Origin: Candidatus Hydrogenedentota bacterium
Lineage (GTDB): Bacteria > Hydrogenedentota > Hydrogenedentia > Hydrogenedentales > SLHB01
Reading direction: 5' to 3'
NCBI GenBank assembly: GCA_016209895.1
Contig: JACQVH010000157.1
Span: 4,206-68,205, forward strand
DNA: 64,000 bases
Under the pieces are notes generated by a model. It saw only the letters and a program-made list of their open reading frames with translations, searched no databases and was not told where the DNA came from. Made by a program: the position numbers and the translations under genes. This document shows, piece after piece, positions 59,366-64,000 of the stretch. Each line of letters begins with the position of its first letter. Positions within the stretch are counted from its first letter, which is position 1.

Positions 59366-60049
59366 CCACTTTTCACTTTGGTCCTCCTATGCGTGCTACT
59401 GAGCGCATGTGCAACCTCGCCTTCCGGGCATCCTACATCATTCAGGCTTCGTCCGGGGGACCTCCTCTTCCAAGACCTGGACGGCAGTCCGCTGTGCGAT
59501 GCGATCGAGACCGTAACTCACGGGGTGAACGGAGCCAAGTTCTCCCATGTGGGAGTCGTCTGTGAAGTAACGCGTGACGAGGTCAAAATAATCGAGGCCG
59601 TATCACGCGGCGTCGTCGAAACGAACCTGGACGAGTTCTTGGGTCGCAGTAGGGACGACGCGGGCCGACCCAAGGTTTTGGTCGGAAGACTCAAGCCGGA
59701 ATACCGGCGTTACATCCCCGAAGCCCTCGACGCCGCGCGTAAGTTCCTGGGAAAGCCGTACGACTCCGTGTACGTCATGGGCAATGGGTCACTTTATTGC
59801 TCGGAACTGGTCTACGAGGCCTTCCACGCCGTGGCGCCGAAGACCTCGATGTTCGAAATCACACCCATGACTTTCAAGGACCCCTTCACGCGGCAGACCT
59901 TCCCCGCCTGGACCGAGTACTACTCCATTTTGGGTCTTTCTATTCCCGAAGGCGAACCCGGTCTTAATCCCGGCAGCATTTCCCGTTCTTCCGCAATCAC
60001 CATCGTGCACGCCTACGGTCGCCCCACCGGCTGGCGCGGCCCTGATTAG
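59345..60049 (+). CDS. YiiX/DUF830-like permuted-papain-fold lipoprotein
   Basis: Putative GTG start; lipobox LLSAC; motifs GDLLF, HVGVV, YCSELVYEAF. Confidence 0.45.
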   Translation: MTRNRNEPLFTLVLLCVLLSACATSPSGHPTSFRLRPGDLLFQDLDGSPLCDAIETVTHGVNGAKFSHVGVVCEVTRDEVKIIEAVSRGVVETNLDEFLGRSRDDAGRPKVLVGRLKPEYRRYIPEALDAARKFLGKPYDSVYVMGNGSLYCSELVYEAFHAVAPKTSMFEITPMTFKDPFTRQTFPAWTEYYSILGLSIPEGEPGLNPGSISRSSAITIVHAYGRPTGWRGPD

Positions 60050-60050
60050 T

Positions 60051-60108
60051 CCCTGGTCCCTGGTCCCTGGTCTCTGCTTCTCGGTTTCCAGTTTCCGGTT
60101 TCCAGTTT
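60051..60108. repeat. Short tandem repeats (CCCTGGT)x3 then (GTTTCCR)x3.5 upstream of Tmk-like operon
   Basis: Read directly. Confidence 0.6.
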
Positions 60109-60265
60109 AAGATTGCTCGGAACTCGGTACTTGAAAGTCGGTACTCGTTGCTCATTGCTTGGGTTGACAGCCCCCCGCCGCCGGATGCTAGAGTAGACAG
60201 TTTCCAGGGTCTCCGATGTCGCCTCTTCGGTGGCAGGATCCCCTTTTGTGCGCAGGAGCAGAGTT

Positions 60266-61033
60266 ATGGCGGGGCTGCACGAGACACACAGCTATCCAGG
60301 CATGTTGATCGTCGTCGAAGGCATTGACGGCTCCGGCAAGTCTACGCAACTCGACCTGATTCGGTCATGGCTGATCCAGGAAGGCTATGACGTCTTCTTT
60401 ACGGAATGGAACTCGTCCAAACTGGTCAAGGAGACAACCAAACTTGGCAAGAAGCGCCAAATTCTTACTCCAACCACTTTTTGTCTTATTCATTGCACCG
60501 ATTTCTCGGACCGGCTTCAGAGGACAATCATTCCTCCGCTTCAGGCCGGGCAGATCGTTCTGGCCGACCGTTACGTATACACGGCGTTCGGTCGTGACGC
60601 CGTCCGTGGGGTAGACCGGCAGTGGCTTCGAGACCTCTACCATTTCGCGGTACGACCCGATATCGCCTTCTATTTCTCGGTGCCGCTCGAGATCGCCATC
60701 CAGCGTATCTTCCGGGGACGCGCCGCGCTCAAATACTACGAGGCTGGGTTGGACCTCGGCCTGAGTCGGGACCCGGCGGACAGTTTTCGAAAATTCCAAA
60801 CCCGGATCGTCGAAGAGTACGAACGGTTGGTGGATGAATACGGCCTCGTGGCAGTGCATGGCGATCATCCCATCGAGAAGCAACAGCGCCGCATTCGAAA
60901 GATCGTCATGGAGCACATCAATCGCAAAAAGATGAAGTCCAACGAGGATAGAAAGCATGAAGGCCAGATTCTATGGGGCGGGTATCCCCTCACACCTGAA
61001 CACCGAGTTACAGGGGCGCCTGATCGTCCTTGA
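60266..61033 (+). CDS. Thymidylate-kinase-like P-loop kinase (paralog 1)
   Basis: P-loop VVEGIDGSGKSTQ, DRY motif LADRYVYT, lid arginines, DIAFYFSV; RBS AGGAG. Confidence 0.65.
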   Translation: MAGLHETHSYPGMLIVVEGIDGSGKSTQLDLIRSWLIQEGYDVFFTEWNSSKLVKETTKLGKKRQILTPTTFCLIHCTDFSDRLQRTIIPPLQAGQIVLADRYVYTAFGRDAVRGVDRQWLRDLYHFAVRPDIAFYFSVPLEIAIQRIFRGRAALKYYEAGLDLGLSRDPADSFRKFQTRIVEEYERLVDEYGLVAVHGDHPIEKQQRRIRKIVMEHINRKKMKSNEDRKHEGQILWGGYPLTPEHRVTGAPDRP

Positions 61034-61700
61034 GGGGCCGGATTGCGTCGGTCGCACCACGCAAATCCGTCTACTACAGGATTGGCTCGAAAACCTCGGT
61101 TACGGTGTGGTGATCACCTCGCTATGTCGTTCCGAGTTGGCGGAAGAAGGGCTTACCAAGGCCAAGAAAGGCAATATCATCGGGCGCCAGACCCTCGCCC
61201 TGTTTTACGCCACGGACTTCGCGGACCGGCTCGAACGGGTGATCTTGCCCGCACTCGAAGGCGGCTTCATCGTGCTCTCCGACCGGTATACGTATACGAT
61301 CTTCGCCCGATATGCCGTGCGTGGCATTAGCCGATCCTGGCTGCGTAAGGCCTATGGCTTCGCGCTCATCCCACACCTGGCGCTTTACCTGGACGTGGAC
61401 CTGGACAGCCTCGTCCGCCGAGCCCTCAAAGCGGAAAAACTCGGGTTCTGGGAGTGCGGCATGGACTTGAGCCTCTCCAGCAACCTTTACGAGAGTTTTC
61501 TACTCTATCAGAAGCAAATGCTTCGAGAATTCAAGAAGATCGTCAAAGAGTACAATCTCGTCAGCGTCAGCTCGCTCGGGTCGGTCCCGGAAGTCCAGGA
61601 CCGTCTCCGCAAGAAAGTCCGCGCGTTGCTCGATGTCAAGGACACGGAGATGGACGCGCGAGAGTCCCAGGAGCCTATCGTCGAGGGGGCCTCCGATTAA
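60957..61700 (+). CDS. Thymidylate-kinase-like paralog 2 with degenerate P-loop (GPDCVGRTT), overlaps paralog 1 by 77 bp
   Basis: LSDRYTYT, HLALYLDVDLD conserved; Walker A lysine replaced by Arg. Confidence 0.5.
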   Translation: MKARFYGAGIPSHLNTELQGRLIVLEGPDCVGRTTQIRLLQDWLENLGYGVVITSLCRSELAEEGLTKAKKGNIIGRQTLALFYATDFADRLERVILPALEGGFIVLSDRYTYTIFARYAVRGISRSWLRKAYGFALIPHLALYLDVDLDSLVRRALKAEKLGFWECGMDLSLSSNLYESFLLYQKQMLREFKKIVKEYNLVSVSSLGSVPEVQDRLRKKVRALLDVKDTEMDARESQEPIVEGASD

Positions 61701-61703
61701 CCC

Positions 61704-62654
61704 ATGAACATGACAATGGATGCCGAAGCGCCCTGCACGCTGGCGGAAGAGTCCGCCTCGCGCCTACTCAAGATGCAAGTGCGCGCCATGCGGAAGCATC
61801 TGAAAACGGCGCGCACGCAGGACCTAGATGGCATCCACGACCTGCGGGTGGCTTCACGCCGACTGCGAGCGGTGCTGACCGAACATGCCGCGCTGTTTGA
61901 GAAGGCCGCTTTGAAACGATTTCAGCGTCGGACCCGGAGGCTTACGAATGCGTTGGGTAAGCCGCGCGAATTGGACTCGTTGCTGGTATTGCTCGAGAAG
62001 CTTCGCGACGGAGCGCGGGGCACGATGCGCGAAGCAATCCTATACGTCACCGGCTGGCTGAAGGCGCATCGGGATGCTGAGGCCGACCACGTTGCCGAGG
62101 GAGTCAAGTTGGTCGAATCGCCCAAGTTCGACAAATCTCTCATGGCGTTATTCGAAAGCCTGAACGCGGACAATGCCTGTTACATCGAAACGGCAGCGAG
62201 CAACCTCGACGAGCAGTTCCGGAATCTCGCGCTGCGGTTCGACCTGTGGCAAGGCAGTCACGCCGAAGAAGCGCTCCATAAGGTTCGGGTCCAACTCAAA
62301 AAATTGCGGTACTCCTGCGAAATATACGAACCGCTGTACGGCGCCGAGATGAAAGACTTCCTTGCGATGCTCCGGGAGGCGCAGGAGCATCTTGGCAATT
62401 GGAATGACTGTCGCGTGTTGCGTGGCTATCTGCAACAGGCCGCAGAAGGTGCGCCTGAAAAAGCTAAGAAGGGCATACCTAAAGTCTTGGCATCGTTGGA
62501 CCAGGCCAACGGGCAGCATTTGGAGAAGTTCAATGCGCAGGCCGCAACGCTCTTCGCCCCGGACCGGGTCGCAGATTTTCTCGCTTCGTTTAAGAGCATC
62601 AAACGCGTTTGCTGTCGAAAATCAGCGAAGGAAGACACGCCCGCGGAAGGCTGA
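61704..62654 (+). CDS. CHAD (conserved histidine alpha-helical domain) protein
   Basis: IHDLRVASRRLRAVL and later H/R-rich helices typical of CHAD; starts 4 nt after Tmk-like 2 stop. Confidence 0.6.
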   Translation: MNMTMDAEAPCTLAEESASRLLKMQVRAMRKHLKTARTQDLDGIHDLRVASRRLRAVLTEHAALFEKAALKRFQRRTRRLTNALGKPRELDSLLVLLEKLRDGARGTMREAILYVTGWLKAHRDAEADHVAEGVKLVESPKFDKSLMALFESLNADNACYIETAASNLDEQFRNLALRFDLWQGSHAEEALHKVRVQLKKLRYSCEIYEPLYGAEMKDFLAMLREAQEHLGNWNDCRVLRGYLQQAAEGAPEKAKKGIPKVLASLDQANGQHLEKFNAQAATLFAPDRVADFLASFKSIKRVCCRKSAKEDTPAEG

Positions 62655-62717
62655 GGGCTTTGTCATCCCTCGCCGGGCTCCATCGGGCAGTCTGTCATTC
62701 GGAGGACTACCAGCGTG

Positions 62718-63548
62718 ATGATTCTAGTTGGCCCGACCTTGACGCTTGCCGCCGCAGAAACGATCCTGACCGTCATGTCATTCAACATCCGCTATGGCAC
62801 CGCGCCCGACGGCGACAACGACTGGGAACACCGGAAAACCATCGTCGTCGAGATGCTTCGCGCCTACGGACCCGACGTCATCGGGACCCAGGAATGCCTG
62901 GAGTTTCAGACAGAGTATCTGGTTCAGCAGTTGCCGGAATACCGCTGGTTCGGCGTGGGCCGCAACGCCGACGGCGGCGACGAACACGCGGCCGTCCTTT
63001 ACAAGAAATCAGTCCTGAGTCCCCTCGAAACGGGCAACTTCTGGCTCTCCGAGACCCCCCATGTTCCCGGCACGAAGTCCTGGGGTTCGCACCACAACCG
63101 GATGGTGACTTGGGCTCGCTTCCGCCATCTGCAAACCGGCGAAACGTTTCATTGCTTCAACACGCACTTGGACAACGGGAGCGAACCGGCGCGCCAGAAC
63201 GGGGCCCGAATTCTGGCCGACTGGGTGCAACGGCTGCCACGCGACCTACCCCTTGTACTTACCGGAGACTTCAACGCGCCGGCGGAAGCCAGCGTTTCCT
63301 GGAACATCCTGACTGGCCAAGGATTGGCCGACGCCTGGCTGGTGGCCAAAGAGCGCGTGGGACCGGAAATCACTTTCGGCGGGTTCAAAGCACCCGAACG
63401 CACCGAAAAAGACCGCATTGACTGGGTTTTGGTACGCGGAGGGGTGATGGTGGAACGCTGTGAAACGAGTCTGTTTCAAATGAACGGGCGCTTTCCGTCC
63501 GACCACTATCCGGTCGTGGCCAAGCTGGTCTTGCATTCGCATGAATAG
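62718..63548 (+). CDS. Endonuclease/exonuclease/phosphatase (EEP) family protein
   Basis: MSFNIRYG...GTQE, LTGDFN, SDHYPV motifs. Confidence 0.7.
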   Translation: MILVGPTLTLAAAETILTVMSFNIRYGTAPDGDNDWEHRKTIVVEMLRAYGPDVIGTQECLEFQTEYLVQQLPEYRWFGVGRNADGGDEHAAVLYKKSVLSPLETGNFWLSETPHVPGTKSWGSHHNRMVTWARFRHLQTGETFHCFNTHLDNGSEPARQNGARILADWVQRLPRDLPLVLTGDFNAPAEASVSWNILTGQGLADAWLVAKERVGPEITFGGFKAPERTEKDRIDWVLVRGGVMVERCETSLFQMNGRFPSDHYPVVAKLVLHSHE

Positions 63549-63566
63549 GAAACGCAGGGAGGTAAC

Positions 63567-64000
63567 ATGGTGCGAAAAGAGATCGTAGTGGAACTGAGTG
63601 TGTTCTTCCTGATTTTCGCGTCGGCTTCCGCCGAGTTTCCGCTCGACGCCGGGCGGTTTGGCGTGGCTGGGGACGGGAAGACCGACATTACCGCGAGCCT
63701 GCAGCAAGCCCTGAACGCGTGCAAGGACCAGGGAGGAGGAGGCGTCCAGCTTGCCCAAGGCACCTTTATTGTTCGAGGCCATTTGCTTATCCCCGACAAC
63801 GTCACCTTGGCCGGCGTATTCACTGCACCCACCGCATGGACGGAAGGCAAAGGCACGTCGCTCTATGCCTACGAGGGCCACGGCAGCGAGGAGGGCACGC
63901 CGTTTATCACTTTGGGCGCCAACGCCGTACTGAAAGGCCTCACCATCTACTATCCGGAACAGACTGGCGACACCGTTGTGCCCTATCCTTGGTGCATTGC
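63567..64000 (+). CDS. Partial (5' part) secreted right-handed beta-helix protein (pectate-lyase/GH28/GH55-like)
   Basis: Signal peptide; GDGKTDITASLQQALNAC...GGGGVQLAQGTFIV pattern typical of pectin-lyase-fold N-termini; truncated by window. Confidence 0.4.
   Translation, partial: MVRKEIVVELSVFFLIFASASAEFPLDAGRFGVAGDGKTDITASLQQALNACKDQGGGGVQLAQGTFIVRGHLLIPDNVTLAGVFTAPTAWTEGKGTSLYAYEGHGSEEGTPFITLGANAVLKGLTIYYPEQTGDTVVPYPWCI

Noticed and set aside
60365-60958. 197-aa minus-strand ORF
   Set aside because: It is antisense to Tmk-like paralog 1.

Overview
This is a GC-rich (about 60%+) bacterial chromosomal segment with dense coding on both strands and about 56 supportable CDSs. By eye there are no rRNA or tRNA genes, no CRISPR array, and no integrase or transposase. 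The gene content suggests a soil or aquatic heterotroph (Acidobacteria/Planctomycetes/Verrucomicrobia-like: many ECF/two-component/c-di-GMP genes, Tat signals, glycoside hydrolases).

Content, in order:
- 142-999: a PhyH-family Fe/2OG dioxygenase.
- 1182-1700: a low-GC hypothetical.
- 1894-2412: dCMP deaminase.
- 2.7-9 kb: a carbohydrate/amine catabolic locus (MSOX/MTOX-like FAD oxidase, Tat-secreted 5-bladed beta-propeller glycoside hydrolase (GH130/GH43-like), AGE-family epimerase, a large secreted GH-like protein).
- 9.3-12.3 kb: bifunctional PutA.
- 12.5-19.9 kb: a signalling node (PAS-HisKA_2 kinase and a REC-PAS-GAF-HK-REC hybrid kinase, convergent with an HD-GYP plus HEAT-repeat operon).
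- 20-24.6 kb: a purple-acid-phosphatase-like metallophosphoesterase followed by an operon of three tandem PhyH dioxygenase paralogs.
- 24.7-29.2 kb: VWA protein, SIMPL/DUF541 protein, and an HK/OmpR-type RR pair.
- 29.3-30 kb: VapBC toxin-antitoxin.
- 30.1-32.8 kb: a two-subunit Mo-hydroxylase (Tat Moco subunit plus 2Fe-2S subunit).
- 32.8-34.8 kb: a divergent RRM RNA-binding protein (with a translationally coupled 62-aa upstream ORF) and a DEAD-box helicase driven by a near-consensus sigma70 promoter.
- 34.9-37.8 kb: a secreted hypothetical, an orphan Phd/YefM antitoxin, and an MntA/HepT pair.
- 37.8-42.1 kb: dienelactone hydrolase, an LTxxQ periplasmic protein, and an ECF sigma/anti-sigma/Gly-rich secreted protein operon.
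- 42.4-47.5 kb: two hypotheticals and an O-antigen-ligase-TPR fusion.
- 47.5-52.1 kb: a 5-gene minus-strand operon (M28 peptidase, GAF-HK, small membrane protein, PaaI thioesterase, TPR/zinc-ribbon membrane protein).
- 52.4-58.6 kb: PilZ, an FG-GAP protein, a HIBADH-like dehydrogenase, and a 1067-aa GH2.
- 58.6-64 kb: an HD-domain protein, a YiiX-like lipoprotein, two overlapping thymidylate-kinase-like paralogs (the second with a degenerate P-loop), CHAD, an EEP nuclease/phosphatase, and a partial beta-helix protein.

The most unusual signals are these:
- The HD / Tmk-like x2 / CHAD / EEP cluster.
- A roughly 80-100 bp CGATTACGA-rich element present twice in inverted orientation (2.5 kb and 59.3 kb), both in 5' regions.
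- The tandem PhyH triplet.
- The ECF module with palindromes upstream.
- An AT-rich island and a direct-repeat/hairpin/direct-repeat structure with a 27-codon mini-ORF flanking the PilZ gene.
- An orphan Phd antitoxin with tandem TGATCA operators.

All functional calls come from motif recognition by eye in the supplied translations; no database search was run.
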